A stretch of 64,000 nucleotides of DNA from Planctomycetota bacterium (GTDB taxonomy: Bacteria > Planctomycetota > B15-G4). Both the position numbers and the translations under genes were made by a program. The notes below the pieces were generated by a model. The model saw only the letters and a list, made by a program, of their open reading frames with translations. It did not search any database and was not told the origin of the DNA. Numbering within the stretch: position 1 is the first letter of the stretch; each line of letters starts with the position of its first letter. The stretch is from NCBI GenBank assembly GCA_965248575.1, contig CBDFJQ010000002.1:1792001-1856000 (forward strand), given 5' to 3'. This document shows positions 1 through 12,616 of the stretch, piece after piece.

Positions 1-82
1 GTGCCTTCTTGCAGTCCATCATGGGAGCGCCGGACATCTGGCGCAGGTCGCGGACCTGCGCCGCGTTGATCGTGGTGGTCAT
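1..82 (-). CDS. tsf: Elongation factor Ts, N-terminal fragment (runs off window edge)
   Basis: Manual translation from ATG at 82: MTTTINAAQVRDLRQMSGAPMMDCKKA, the typical EF-Ts N-terminus; directly downstream of rpsB. Confidence 0.95.
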   Translation of the reverse strand, partial: MTTTINAAQVRDLRQMSGAPMMDCKKA

Positions 83-154
83 CGTGCTCTCGTCTGTTCG
101 TGTTCGTTAGGTCGGTGAATGGTCGAGCCTGTCGGGCAGGAGCCCTGCCAGGTC

Positions 155-1117
155 TCAGCCTTCGGTCTTCGGATCTGCAGGAGCTTCGGAGGCAGCAGCG
201 GCCTCGGTAGCCGGTGCAGCGGCAGGTGCAGCAGCAGGTGCAGCAGCAGCCGGTTCAGCAGCAGCCGGTTCGGCCACGGCCTCGACGGACGCGTTGTCAC
301 GAGCAGGCTTCTCGGCACCGGCCTTCTTGGCCATGTCCTTCGCCAGCTGGTCGTGGCTCTCCATGCTGCGCACCACGCCGCCGGAGTCACGCACACCCAA
401 GGCATCCTCGGGCGCCTTGCCCGACTCCTTGAAGCGCGTCTGGCCCTCTTCGATGGCGTCCGTGCAACGGCCGAGAATCAAGGCCACCGAACGCATCGAG
501 TCATCGTTGGCCGGGATCACGATGTCCACGTGACGCGGATCACAGTCCGTGTCGAGCAGAGCAACCACGGGCACGCCCATGCGCTTGGCTTCCGCCACGG
601 CGATGTGCTCGCGCTTCGGGTCGATGACCAACATGGCGCCAGGGATACGGTTCAACTTCCGCAAGCCGTCCATGTTCTTCTTGATGCGCTTGAGCTGCCG
701 CAGGAGTTGCGACTGCTGCTTCTTCTTGAGCGCCGCCATCTCGCCCGTCTCTTCCATGGCCTCGAGCTCTTCGAGGCGCGTGAGACGCGAGCGGACGGTC
801 TTGAAGTTCGTGAGGGTGCCGCCGAGCCAACGCTCGGTCACCCAAGGCATCTCGACGCGGGCGACTTCCTGACGCAGGATGCCCTTCATCTGACGCTTCG
901 TGCCGACGTAGACAATCTGACGTCCCGTGGCTGCAACTTCGCGCAAGAAGTGGACCGCTCTCGTCAAGCCGCGCACGGTGTGCACGAGGTTGATGATGTG
1001 GATCTTGTTCCGCTTGCCGTGGATGTACGGCTTCATCGCGGGGTTCCACGTGTGCGTCCACGAGCCGAAATGTGCACCGGCCTCGAGGAGTTCCTCGATC
1101 GTGGTTTTCGCTACCAA
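155..1117 (-). CDS. rpsB: 30S ribosomal protein S2 with long Ala/Pro/Glu-rich C-terminal tail
   Basis: LLEAGAHFG..WNPAMKPYI, VGTKRQ, RWLGGTLTNF, LDTDCDP, IPANDD motifs; start set at TTG 1117, preceded by GGAGAGAG. Confidence 0.97.
   Translation of the reverse strand: MVAKTTIEELLEAGAHFGSWTHTWNPAMKPYIHGKRNKIHIINLVHTVRGLTRAVHFLREVAATGRQIVYVGTKRQMKGILRQEVARVEMPWVTERWLGGTLTNFKTVRSRLTRLEELEAMEETGEMAALKKKQQSQLLRQLKRIKKNMDGLRKLNRIPGAMLVIDPKREHIAVAEAKRMGVPVVALLDTDCDPRHVDIVIPANDDSMRSVALILGRCTDAIEEGQTRFKESGKAPEDALGVRDSGGVVRSMESHDQLAKDMAKKAGAEKPARDNASVEAVAEPAAAEPAAAAPAAAPAAAPATEAAAASEAPADPKTEG
211..272. repeat. Coding tandem repeats (12- and 15-nt units) encoding EPAAA/AAAP in the S2 tail
   Basis: GCAGGTGCAGCA and CAGCAGCAGCCGGTT units repeated in tandem. 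Confidence 0.8.
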
Positions 1118-1257
1118 GTTCTCTCTCCATCTCCACCCCGTCAGGGGCAGTCGAAGGGCGCCAAAGGCGCGGGTTTCCAAGTGAGGCAAGGTCCGCCAGC
1201 CACACGCTGTGGCCACGTACGCACCGTTTTCTGAACCTCGGTACAAAGAGGCCGGAC

Positions 1258-1286
1258 ACATTACCAAAGGCGCTTTGGGGGGTAAA
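1258..1286 (-). promoter_or_regulatory. Putative sigma70 promoter of rpsB-tsf
   Basis: Minus strand TTTACC-17 nt-TAATGT with an extended TG; ~135 nt leader before rpsB. Confidence 0.6.
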
Positions 1287-1368
1287 CCGAGGCGGAGCAC
1301 CGATTCCCAGGTCTTTGCCGCTGGGCCGACCACGGGCTAGCCTCCCTTCAGCCACCTTGACCGTCATC

Positions 1369-2427
1369 ATGGACGAGTTCTCACTTCTCCTTGCCCTTCA
1401 CGCCCCCCAGGCCCCACCCTCCGGGAACGGGCGCGATCTGGCCGCAGAGCTGCGGGGAATGGGGTTCTCCGTAGAAATCAGCCGGAATCAGGCGGACACC
1501 TGGGCCGCCGTCCGGGATCGCCCGCCAGGTGCCGTGCTCCTGGTCCCAGCCACGGAACAGGCTGATTCTGCCGAGCTGCTCAGCCTCCTGAGGCCCGGCA
1601 GTGCGGGCCGGCTGCCCCCCGCCCTGGTGGTGCTCACGGACGACCCGGCCTTCCTGGAGCAGCGGGCCGGCGAGGTCGACGATTTCGTCAGCCCGGGCGA
1701 GACGACGGAACACATCCTGCTCCGGGTGAGTTTCGCCATGGCCCGGCGCCGCGCGCGGCACCAGCTGGCGGACGAGCGCGCCTCCCTGTTGCGCGCCTCC
1801 TCCACGGACTACAAGACCGGCCTGCCCAACGACCGCCGGTTCGCCGAGATCTGCCGCATCGAGTGTGCCCGTGCCGTGCGCGAGAACCACTGGCTGGGCG
1901 TGTTGATGATCGACCTGGACGATTTCAAGTCCATCAATGACGACCATGACCACGAGTTCGGCGACCATGTCCTCAAGACGCTGGCCGACAGCTTGAGCGC
2001 AGGTTTGCGGCCCTTCGACACAGCCGCCCGCAAAGGAGGCGACGAGTTCGCGGTGCTGCTCCCTTCGGCAGACCTGGAGTCCGCCAGCACCATCGCCGAG
2101 CGCTTGCGAGCGAGCTTTGCCGATCTCGAGCTGAATCACGGCGAGCACAGCACACGGTCCAGCATCACCGTGGGCGTCGCCGCCTGGCACCCCGAAGGAG
2201 ACACTCTCTTCGAGCAGGTGTTGCTGGACGCCGACAAGGCGCTGCTCGTGGCCAAGGAAGCCGGCCGCAACCGGGTCAGTTCTCAACCGGTCGTGCCCCC
2301 CCCACTCCCTCCAAGCCGCTCCGGTACGAAAGCGGCTGAGGCGGCCCCCGTACCCAAACGAGCTGCGCCGTCGAAGACGACCACCAAGGCCAGCGCCAAG
2401 AAGCGCACGCGCAAACCCAAGAGCTGA
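1369..2427 (+). CDS. Diguanylate cyclase: degenerate receiver-like N-terminus, GGDEF domain, Lys/Ala-rich tail
   Basis: TDYKTGLPN, MIDLDDFKSIND, RPFD I-site, ARKGGDEF, ADKALLVAKEAGRNRV. Confidence 0.9.
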   Translation: MDEFSLLLALHAPQAPPSGNGRDLAAELRGMGFSVEISRNQADTWAAVRDRPPGAVLLVPATEQADSAELLSLLRPGSAGRLPPALVVLTDDPAFLEQRAGEVDDFVSPGETTEHILLRVSFAMARRRARHQLADERASLLRASSTDYKTGLPNDRRFAEICRIECARAVRENHWLGVLMIDLDDFKSINDDHDHEFGDHVLKTLADSLSAGLRPFDTAARKGGDEFAVLLPSADLESASTIAERLRASFADLELNHGEHSTRSSITVGVAAWHPEGDTLFEQVLLDADKALLVAKEAGRNRVSSQPVVPPPLPPSRSGTKAAEAAPVPKRAAPSKTTTKASAKKRTRKPKS

Positions 2428-2451
2428 CCCACGAAACGGGACGGGCGGCGC

Positions 2452-5700
<3,249 letters not shown>

Positions 5701-5715
5701 GGCGTGTCTCTCAAC

Positions 5716-6729
5716 TCAGGTCCAGCGATGCTTTTCGATGGTCTCGGTGATGCGCATCGCCACTTCCATGGCACGCAAGCCAGCCTGCGCGGACACACCA
5801 CCGGCTGCCTCACCACGAACGTTTGCGATGAAGGCCTTCAACTCGGAGTGCAGCGGGTTCGCCTCGTCCATGTCGATCTCCCGGGCGTCCATCAGGCCCT
5901 GGGCCACGAATTCCTTGAAGTTCGCCTTGGGCTCCAGCTTGTCCTGGGCACTGGCGTCCAGGCTCCCCAGGTCGAAGCCCTCCGCCTTGCGCACCACGAA
6001 GGCGCGCCGCGTGGCGAAGTCCATGGACACGAAAGTCTCATCACCGAAGACGCGCGTGCGGCGCAGGGGCTCGAAGCTCACCCGGCTGGCGGTGACATTG
6101 GCCACGCAGCCGTTCTCGAACACGAGCCGCGCGTTGGCGATGTCCACATGCTGTCCGAGCACGCGGCTGCCCACCGCATCCACCTGCTTGAGCGGTGAGC
6201 CCGCCAGCTCCATGACGATGTCGATGTCGTGGATCATGAGATCCATGACCACGCTCACGTCGAGGGTGCGGAAGTTGAATGGGGCCAGGCGGTGCGCCTC
6301 GATGAAGCGCGGTTGCACGTCCAGGTCGTGGAAGACGGACAGCGCCGGGTTGAAGCGCTCGATATGACCCACCTGCAGCACCAGGCCCTTCTCGCGGGCC
6401 GAGGCTTCCATCTCCCGGGCTTCGTCCAGCTCGGCCGCCATGGGCTTCTCGACCAACACGCTGATGCCCCGCTCCAGGAGCGGCATCACGATGTCCCGGT
6501 GGTAGCAGGTGGGCACGGCGACACTGGCAGCCGTCACGTCCTCGGGGATCGAGTCCAGCGACGCCAGGCCAGGGACACCCAGGGGCTCGGCGATCTGCTC
6601 CGCCCGCTTGGGGTCGGTGTCCACCACAGCCACCAACTCGGCGCCCGGTACATCCTTCATGAGGCGCGCGTGATGTTGGCCGAGATGGCCCACGCCGACG
6701 ACAACGGCTTTGATGGTTGGAGACGCCAT
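5716..6729 (-). CDS. Gfo/Idh/MocA oxidoreductase, GnnA-like (UDP-GlcNAc 3-dehydrogenase candidate)
   Basis: GVGHLG Rossmann motif, EKPMA, VGHIERFNP, DLMIHDID; directly downstream of lpxA. Confidence 0.85.
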   Translation of the reverse strand: MASPTIKAVVVGVGHLGQHHARLMKDVPGAELVAVVDTDPKRAEQIAEPLGVPGLASLDSIPEDVTAASVAVPTCYHRDIVMPLLERGISVLVEKPMAAELDEAREMEASAREKGLVLQVGHIERFNPALSVFHDLDVQPRFIEAHRLAPFNFRTLDVSVVMDLMIHDIDIVMELAGSPLKQVDAVGSRVLGQHVDIANARLVFENGCVANVTASRVSFEPLRRTRVFGDETFVSMDFATRRAFVVRKAEGFDLGSLDASAQDKLEPKANFKEFVAQGLMDAREIDMDEANPLHSELKAFIANVRGEAAGGVSAQAGLRAMEVAMRITETIEKHRWT

Positions 6730-6790
6730 GAGTGCTTCCTTCGGTGTCAGCTCAAAAGGTGATCGGTGACTGCGTGGTCTCGAGGCAGCC

Positions 6791-7588
6791 CTACGGGTGA
6801 CCCCGCAAGGACTCGCGGTAGCGCCCGAAGCGCCCCGCCTCCTTGCGCAAGAGGAACTCAGCCAGCTCGCGCACCATGGGCGAGCGGTCGTTGATCAGCG
6901 AGTGGGCCTCTTCGCTCACGCTGCGCCCGGTGCGGAAGATCGCGCGATACACATGCTTGATCTCGTCGATGTCCTCTTTCTGGACGCCGGCACGCAACAT
7001 GCCCACTTCGTTGACCATGCGCACTTCAGCGGGGTCGCCAGCCACCTTCACGAAGGGCGGGACATCCTGGACCACGCGTGCCTTGGCACCCACGTACGCC
7101 ATGCGGCCGATGGAGGTGTACTGCCCGACCCCCGCGTAACCGTTGAGCACGACGTTGTCGCCCACATGGCAGTGCCCGGCGATGAGCACGCTGTTGGTCA
7201 TGATGATGCCGGAGCCGAGGATGCAGTCGTGGCCCACATGGCAGCTGGCCATGACGAAGTTCTTGTCGCCGATGATGGTGACGTTCTCTTCCTTGGGCGT
7301 GCCCCTGTTGAGGGACACGAACTCGCGGAAGACGTTGTCGTCCCCGATCTCGATGCGGCTCTCGGCTGCGTGGTGTGACAGATCCTGGGGCGCCGTCCCC
7401 ACGCTGACGAAGGCCGTCATGGTGTTGCGCTTGCCGATCACCGAGCCGCTGGAGACGAAGCAATGGGGGCCAATGCGCGTCCCCTCGTCGATGGAGACGC
7501 CCTTCTCGATCACCGTGTAAGGGCCCACCTCGACGTCGTCGGCGAGTTCGGCACCTGATTCCACGATGGCTGTGTCGTGAATGATCAT
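6791..7588 (-). CDS. lpxA: Acyl-ACP--UDP-N-acetylglucosamine O-acyltransferase
   Basis: IHDTAIV hexapeptide repeats, PQDL, NVFREFVSLNRGT, HVGHDC, QDVPPF. Confidence 0.95.
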   Translation of the reverse strand: MIIHDTAIVESGAELADDVEVGPYTVIEKGVSIDEGTRIGPHCFVSSGSVIGKRNTMTAFVSVGTAPQDLSHHAAESRIEIGDDNVFREFVSLNRGTPKEENVTIIGDKNFVMASCHVGHDCILGSGIIMTNSVLIAGHCHVGDNVVLNGYAGVGQYTSIGRMAYVGAKARVVQDVPPFVKVAGDPAEVRMVNEVGMLRAGVQKEDIDEIKHVYRAIFRTGRSVSEEAHSLINDRSPMVRELAEFLLRKEAGRFGRYRESLRGHP

Positions 7589-8889
7589 CCGGCGTCCACC
7601 AGGGTAAAGACCATCTGGGCCTCCGCAGCAACATGCTCATTGACCTTTGCGACGCACACGACGCGCCCCATCGTGTCCCTGACCTTCACGGCCTCGACCT
7701 CAAGCCGCAGTTGATCACCCGGAATCACGGAACGCCGCAGCTTCACCTTGTCGATGGCCCACAGCACAGGCAATTTGCCGGTGTACTCCATGCGACGCAG
7801 GAGCAGCGTGCCAGCCAGCTGGGCCAGGGCCTCCAGGATGAGCACGCCCGGCATGATGGGCTGGCCCGGGAAGTGGCCCGAGAAGAAGGGTTCGTTCACC
7901 GTCACGTTCTTGATGCCCACAGCGCGGCGGTAGCCCTCCAGCTCCAGCACCCGGTCCACCAGCAAGAAGGGGTAGCGGTGCGGCAGCAGGCTGGCGATCT
8001 CACGGATGTCCATGCCCGTGTCGCGCACGAGACGGCCGTGGTTCTCCTCGTGTTCCATGGCTGCTGACAGCCGTCGCACCAGAGCGTGATGGGTCCGGTG
8101 GCCGGAGCGCGTGGCGCTGATGCGCCCGTTGATGTCGGCGCCCAGCAGGTACAGGTCACCCATCATGTCGAGCAGCTTGTGACGCGCCGGCTCGTCCGGG
8201 AATCGCAACTCACCGTGGACGGAAGCACCTGCGTCCAGCACCACGGTGTTCTCTTCGTCGGCGCCGGCACCGAGGTCGCTAGCCCGTAGGGCCTCCACCT
8301 CGGACGCGAACACGAAGGTACGCGCCGGTGCAATCTCCGCCGCGATGTCCGAACCCGGCAGTTCCACCTCGACATACTGCGGCGGCATGCCCTGCTGCCG
8401 GTAGTCCAGGGTGTAGGCCAGTTGCAGCCCGCCGTTGGAGGAGGGGATGGCGTTCATGACGGCGCCGTCCATCTCCACGAAGAGCGGCTCTTCGATGGTG
8501 AACTCTTTGCGGGAGACCTTCTGGTCCACCGAGCCCGCGGCGGTCAAGGCTTCGAACCATGGCAGCGCCGAGCCGTCCAGGGCTGGCAACTCCGGCCCGT
8601 CCAACTCGATTTCGATGTTGTCGACGTGGAGCGCCGCAAGCGCGGCCAGCAGGTGCTCCACCGTGTGCACCTCGGCCATGCCGCGCCGCAACATGGTGCG
8701 CCGCTCCGCCTCGGCCACCGACTCGAGGTTGGCCGGGATGGGGTCGCTGTCGGGCAGGTCGGACCGGAAGAAGAGGGCGCCGGTGTCAGCGGCCGCAGGG
8801 CGCACCACGACCCGGACGTCGTGGCCTTCGTGCAGGCCCACGCCGCGCATCTCGAACGGGTTCTTGATGGTTCGCTGGTTACGAGGCAC
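7585..8889 (-). CDS. lpxC/fabZ: Bifunctional LpxC deacetylase / FabZ 3-hydroxyacyl-ACP dehydratase
   Basis: QRTI..GVGLH, TVEHLLAAL, DGSA, IAPARTF, RHKLLDMMGDL, then LPHRYPFLLVDR, KNVTVNEPFF.GHFPG.PIMPGVLILEALAQ in one ORF. Confidence 0.95.
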   Translation of the reverse strand: MPRNQRTIKNPFEMRGVGLHEGHDVRVVVRPAAADTGALFFRSDLPDSDPIPANLESVAEAERRTMLRRGMAEVHTVEHLLAALAALHVDNIEIELDGPELPALDGSALPWFEALTAAGSVDQKVSRKEFTIEEPLFVEMDGAVMNAIPSSNGGLQLAYTLDYRQQGMPPQYVEVELPGSDIAAEIAPARTFVFASEVEALRASDLGAGADEENTVVLDAGASVHGELRFPDEPARHKLLDMMGDLYLLGADINGRISATRSGHRTHHALVRRLSAAMEHEENHGRLVRDTGMDIREIASLLPHRYPFLLVDRVLELEGYRRAVGIKNVTVNEPFFSGHFPGQPIMPGVLILEALAQLAGTLLLRRMEYTGKLPVLWAIDKVKLRRSVIPGDQLRLEVEAVKVRDTMGRVVCVAKVNEHVAAEAQMVFTLVDAG

Positions 8890-9934
8890 CGGGCGAGCCT
8901 CCGGATCGTGCGGCCTTCATGTCGGCGATCAGAGCAGGAAGCCGCTCGAGGCTCAAGGCTTGTCGCTTCCATTGCCTGTGGGAAACCGCGGGAAAACCGA
9001 TCATGTACTGCCCAGGGGGGGTCTGCTTGACGACGATGGTGCACGCTCCGAGCACCGCCCCATCCGACACCTTTCCGCTGCCCGAGACACCGCAGTGCCC
9101 TGCCATGAGCACGTTCTTGCCGACCACGGCCCCCCCTGCCAGGGAGCAATGGGCCGCGATGGCGGTGTTCTCGCCCACCTCGCAGTTGTGGCCGATGTGC
9201 ACCTGATCGTCGAGTTTGACCCCATTGCCGATCACGGTCGCCTCGAGCCGCGCTCGATCGATGGTGGTGTTGGCGCCCACCTCGACATCGTCGCCCAGCG
9301 CCACGATGCCCACCTGCGGGCTCTTGAGCTGGACACCCCCTGGCCCCGGCTGGAAGCCGAAGCCATCCGCGCCCAGCACGGCGCCCGCGTGGAGGATGAC
9401 CCGGTCGCCCATGGTGCAGCGATCGCCGACGTAGCTGCCGGGATAGAGACGGCAGCCCGCGCCCACTTCGGAGCCCGCCCCCACGTAGACCCGGGGCCAG
9501 AGCCGACTGCCGGGACCGATTCGCGCGCCTCGCCCCACGAACACCCAAGGGCCCACGGCGGCCGAGGGGTCCACTTCGGCCCCTGGCTCGACCACGGCGC
9601 TGGGGTGCACCCCCACGGCTGGCTCGAGCTCCCGCGGCCCCCAGGTGGCCACCACTGTGTTCACGGCCAGCTCGGGGTTCTCCACGGTGATCAAAGCTGG
9701 CTCGGGCCCTGCGCCTGCAGACTCGGGCAGCTTGAAGTCCTTGCCCACCAGGAGGCAACCCGCCTTGCTCGCGTGAGCAGCAGCCACGTATCCGGCGCGG
9801 AACACCGCGGCCAGCTCATGAGGGCCTGCCAATTCCAGCGAGCGCAGTCCGGAGAGCCTCAGCTCCCCTGACCCAGAGAGCAGCTCACCGCGCACCAGGG
9901 CGGCCACTTCGGCGACGGTCTGCTCAAGCTGCAT
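8879..9934 (-). CDS. lpxD: UDP-3-O-acylglucosamine N-acyltransferase
   Basis: VHPSAVV, LGADGFGF, DDVEVGANTTIDR, KLDDQVHIGHN; start set at ATG 9934. Confidence 0.95.
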   Translation of the reverse strand: MQLEQTVAEVAALVRGELLSGSGELRLSGLRSLELAGPHELAAVFRAGYVAAAHASKAGCLLVGKDFKLPESAGAGPEPALITVENPELAVNTVVATWGPRELEPAVGVHPSAVVEPGAEVDPSAAVGPWVFVGRGARIGPGSRLWPRVYVGAGSEVGAGCRLYPGSYVGDRCTMGDRVILHAGAVLGADGFGFQPGPGGVQLKSPQVGIVALGDDVEVGANTTIDRARLEATVIGNGVKLDDQVHIGHNCEVGENTAIAAHCSLAGGAVVGKNVLMAGHCGVSGSGKVSDGAVLGACTIVVKQTPPGQYMIGFPAVSHRQWKRQALSLERLPALIADMKAARSGGSPGAS

Positions 9935-10034
9935 GATCCGGGCGGCTCGCAAGGTCCAGGAGGGGGCGGCTGGGCGGAAGGCCCACGATCCTGCCCACTA
10001 TCCGAAAGTGGAGGGCGGCGGGAAAGCCCGGCCC

Positions 10035-12587
10035 TCAGAAGCGGCGGCTCAACTCGAAGCTGAAGGGCCGGGTCTCATCCACATCCTGCTCCGAGAGCAC
10101 GAAGGCCCAATCCATCTTGATCGTGATCCCGCCCAGGGCTGGCAGGCGCAAACGGACGCCGGCCCCGGTGCTGAGGCGCACATCGCTGGTGAGGTCGCTC
10201 CATGAGGTGTCCTCCACCAGGTTGCCCGCATCCACGAACAGCACGCCCTTCATGATGGTCTCGTCCCGATCGCGGAAGGTGTTGTAGTCCGTCACCAGGG
10301 GGAAGATGGCTTCGAGACTGGCCACGGCCGCCAGCTGTCCACCCACGGCATTGCCCCGGTCCTTGTCCAGGACCACGCCTCCACCTGAGATCTTGCGGGT
10401 CTGCTGGTGCGGCCCCACCCCTTGGAAGTCGAAGCCGCGCACCGCGAAGGGCCCCGACCCACCGCCCACGAAGAAGTTCTCGAAGAAGGGCAGCTCGTCG
10501 TCGCTGCCAGTGGCCTCCACCACTCCCACGGACAGGCGCGGGTTCAGCACCCGGATGTTGCCGTCGTCGTCTTCACCAAGGGGCGTGAACCACTCGGCGT
10601 TCCACTGGGCGCGTACGGCATCGACATCACCGCCCAGGGGGCCGCCGACGTTCTCCACCCGCAGGCGCGACGTGAAGCCGTCGGTGGGCTCGAAGAGTGA
10701 GTCCACGTCGTTGTAGATGAGCGCGGCCTCCAACACCTGGCGCGTGTGCCGCCCCTCGTCCTTGGCGAAGTCCGTCGACTCGCCGGTGATGGAGTCCTTG
10801 GCCTCGTCATCGATGTCCGAGATGTCCACCACCTCGAGGCGCGGTCCCAACGAGATCGAGGTCTCGCGATTGAAGCGGTGGTTGAAGAACACTCCCGTGC
10901 CCAAGCTCTCCTGCGTGTACTCGGAGTAGATGCGCAGCCGGTCGTAGAGTTCCACCGTGAGCCCCCACGGGTCCTCCCGACTCTCGTCCAACCAAGGGTC
11001 CTCGAAGACGATGTCGATCTGGGTGGTCTCGGTGCCAGGCACCACCTCGAGGAACAGACGTTGCCCGCCCCCATGGAAGGCCTCGCCGCGCTCGAAGAAC
11101 TCGCGTAGGAAACGGGACCACGAAGAGGAGGCGCGGCTAATGTCGAAGTTCCGCTTGTCCACCGTCACGCCGCCGAAGAGGCCTGAGTCCGAACCCGCCC
11201 CGAGCACGAAGGTGAACACGCCGCTGCTCGCGTCGTCGATGGTCACCACCACGTCGACGTACTCGGGGTCGTCCGTTTCCTGGGTCGAGACGCGCACCTT
11301 GGGCACGCCCGTCAGGTCCGTGAAGTAACCCAGGGCCACGAGGGCATCTTCGCTGTAGCGGATCTCTCGCGTGTCGATGATGTCGCCCGGATAGACCGTC
11401 ATGTAGCGACGCACCACGCCATCCCGGGTGCCGACGTTTCCGTGCACGATCACGTCGCGCACCTTTTTCTGGCGCCCTTCGTTGACCCGCCATTCGAGGT
11501 CCAGCACCGGTTCATCGAGGTCGTAGATCACCTCGGGCCGCACGCTCACATCAATGTATCCGTCTTGCCCGTAGAGCCCGCGCATGCGCCGCAAGACGCG
11601 GCTCACGTCAGGCCTGCGGTACGCGCTTCCCACCGTCAACTCGGATTCCTTGAGAAGCTCTTCCGTGCTGAGCGCCGTATTCCCCGTAACCCGGATGCTG
11701 CGCACGCTGTAGCGCGGCCCCTGCTCCACGAGCAGCGACACCACCACCTCGCTCCGGTCCTCGGACCAGTCCAGACCGTTCAGGGAGACGGCCGCGTCGA
11801 GGTACCCCTCGCGCCGGACGTAGTCCTCCAGGACCAGGATGTCCCGATCGAGCTGGGTGCGCACGAAGTCCTTGCCCACGAGCCAGGACCAGAAGCCGGG
11901 CTGGCTGCGCAGCAGGCTGCGGGCATCGCTCTCGTCGATGGAGGACAAGCCCTCGAGCCGCAGCTCGGAGACCTCGACCTCGGGCCCCTCGAAGACACGC
12001 AGGTAGGCACCGTGCTCGCCTTGCTCGGTGCGCGAACGCTTGACGTCCACCTGCACGAAGGGGAAGCCCTTCGACAGGTAGTACTCTCGGATCAGCGAGC
12101 GCGCAGAGAGCACCTGATCGGGGGTCGCCCCCCGCCCTTCCACCAGACGGGACTCGCCGCGCAGAAGGGAATCGCTGAACTCCTCGTTGCCTTGGATGTC
12201 CACGAAGTCGTTGGGCAGGATGCGCAGCAGCTTGAAGGTGACATGCACCCCACCGGCGGTGGGCTCGGTCAGCACCTCGTCCACGACGATGCCGTAGTTG
12301 TCGTGCAACCAGCGGATGTCGTCGTCGACGCGCTCGGCGCGGTACAGGCTCCCGGGGCCCGTCTTCAGGTTGGAGAGCAACAGGCCGTGGTCGACGAGTA
12401 CGTTGCCTTCGATGGCCACATCGATCACGACGACGCTGTCGTCCTCAGTCTCTTGTAGCGTTGCCGATGCCGTGAGCGGTCCCGGAAGGGGCGCCGCTCC
12501 GAACGCCTGTGGCCCCACCCCCACCACCGCGAAGAGCGAGACCACCAGCACACACAGGGTGCGCGCGCACGACCAGCAGCAGCTCAT
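10035..12587 (-). CDS. bamA: Outer membrane protein assembly factor BamA (Omp85 family)
   Basis: Signal-like N-terminus, repeated POTRA motifs (I.I.GN), FFVGG..VRGF loop, C-terminal Phe (FELSRRF); located next to lpxD. Confidence 0.92.
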   Translation of the reverse strand: MSCCWSCARTLCVLVVSLFAVVGVGPQAFGAAPLPGPLTASATLQETEDDSVVVIDVAIEGNVLVDHGLLLSNLKTGPGSLYRAERVDDDIRWLHDNYGIVVDEVLTEPTAGGVHVTFKLLRILPNDFVDIQGNEEFSDSLLRGESRLVEGRGATPDQVLSARSLIREYYLSKGFPFVQVDVKRSRTEQGEHGAYLRVFEGPEVEVSELRLEGLSSIDESDARSLLRSQPGFWSWLVGKDFVRTQLDRDILVLEDYVRREGYLDAAVSLNGLDWSEDRSEVVVSLLVEQGPRYSVRSIRVTGNTALSTEELLKESELTVGSAYRRPDVSRVLRRMRGLYGQDGYIDVSVRPEVIYDLDEPVLDLEWRVNEGRQKKVRDVIVHGNVGTRDGVVRRYMTVYPGDIIDTREIRYSEDALVALGYFTDLTGVPKVRVSTQETDDPEYVDVVVTIDDASSGVFTFVLGAGSDSGLFGGVTVDKRNFDISRASSSWSRFLREFFERGEAFHGGGQRLFLEVVPGTETTQIDIVFEDPWLDESREDPWGLTVELYDRLRIYSEYTQESLGTGVFFNHRFNRETSISLGPRLEVVDISDIDDEAKDSITGESTDFAKDEGRHTRQVLEAALIYNDVDSLFEPTDGFTSRLRVENVGGPLGGDVDAVRAQWNAEWFTPLGEDDDGNIRVLNPRLSVGVVEATGSDDELPFFENFFVGGGSGPFAVRGFDFQGVGPHQQTRKISGGGVVLDKDRGNAVGGQLAAVASLEAIFPLVTDYNTFRDRDETIMKGVLFVDAGNLVEDTSWSDLTSDVRLSTGAGVRLRLPALGGITIKMDWAFVLSEQDVDETRPFSFELSRRF

Positions 12588-12616
12588 GTCAGGGACACCG
12601 TCGGAAGGGGCCGTCG

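Noticed and set aside
1118..1333. Upstream extensions given by the ORF track (rpsB, dnaB, rpsF, nadE, DegT, the giant lipoprotein and others)
   Set aside because: Extensions precede the family-typical N-termini and overlap promoters or neighbouring genes; starts were moved to SD-supported or coupled codons
7585..8889. lpxC-fabZ fusion as a novelty
   Set aside because: Well-known architecture in Bacteroidota and several other diderm phyla
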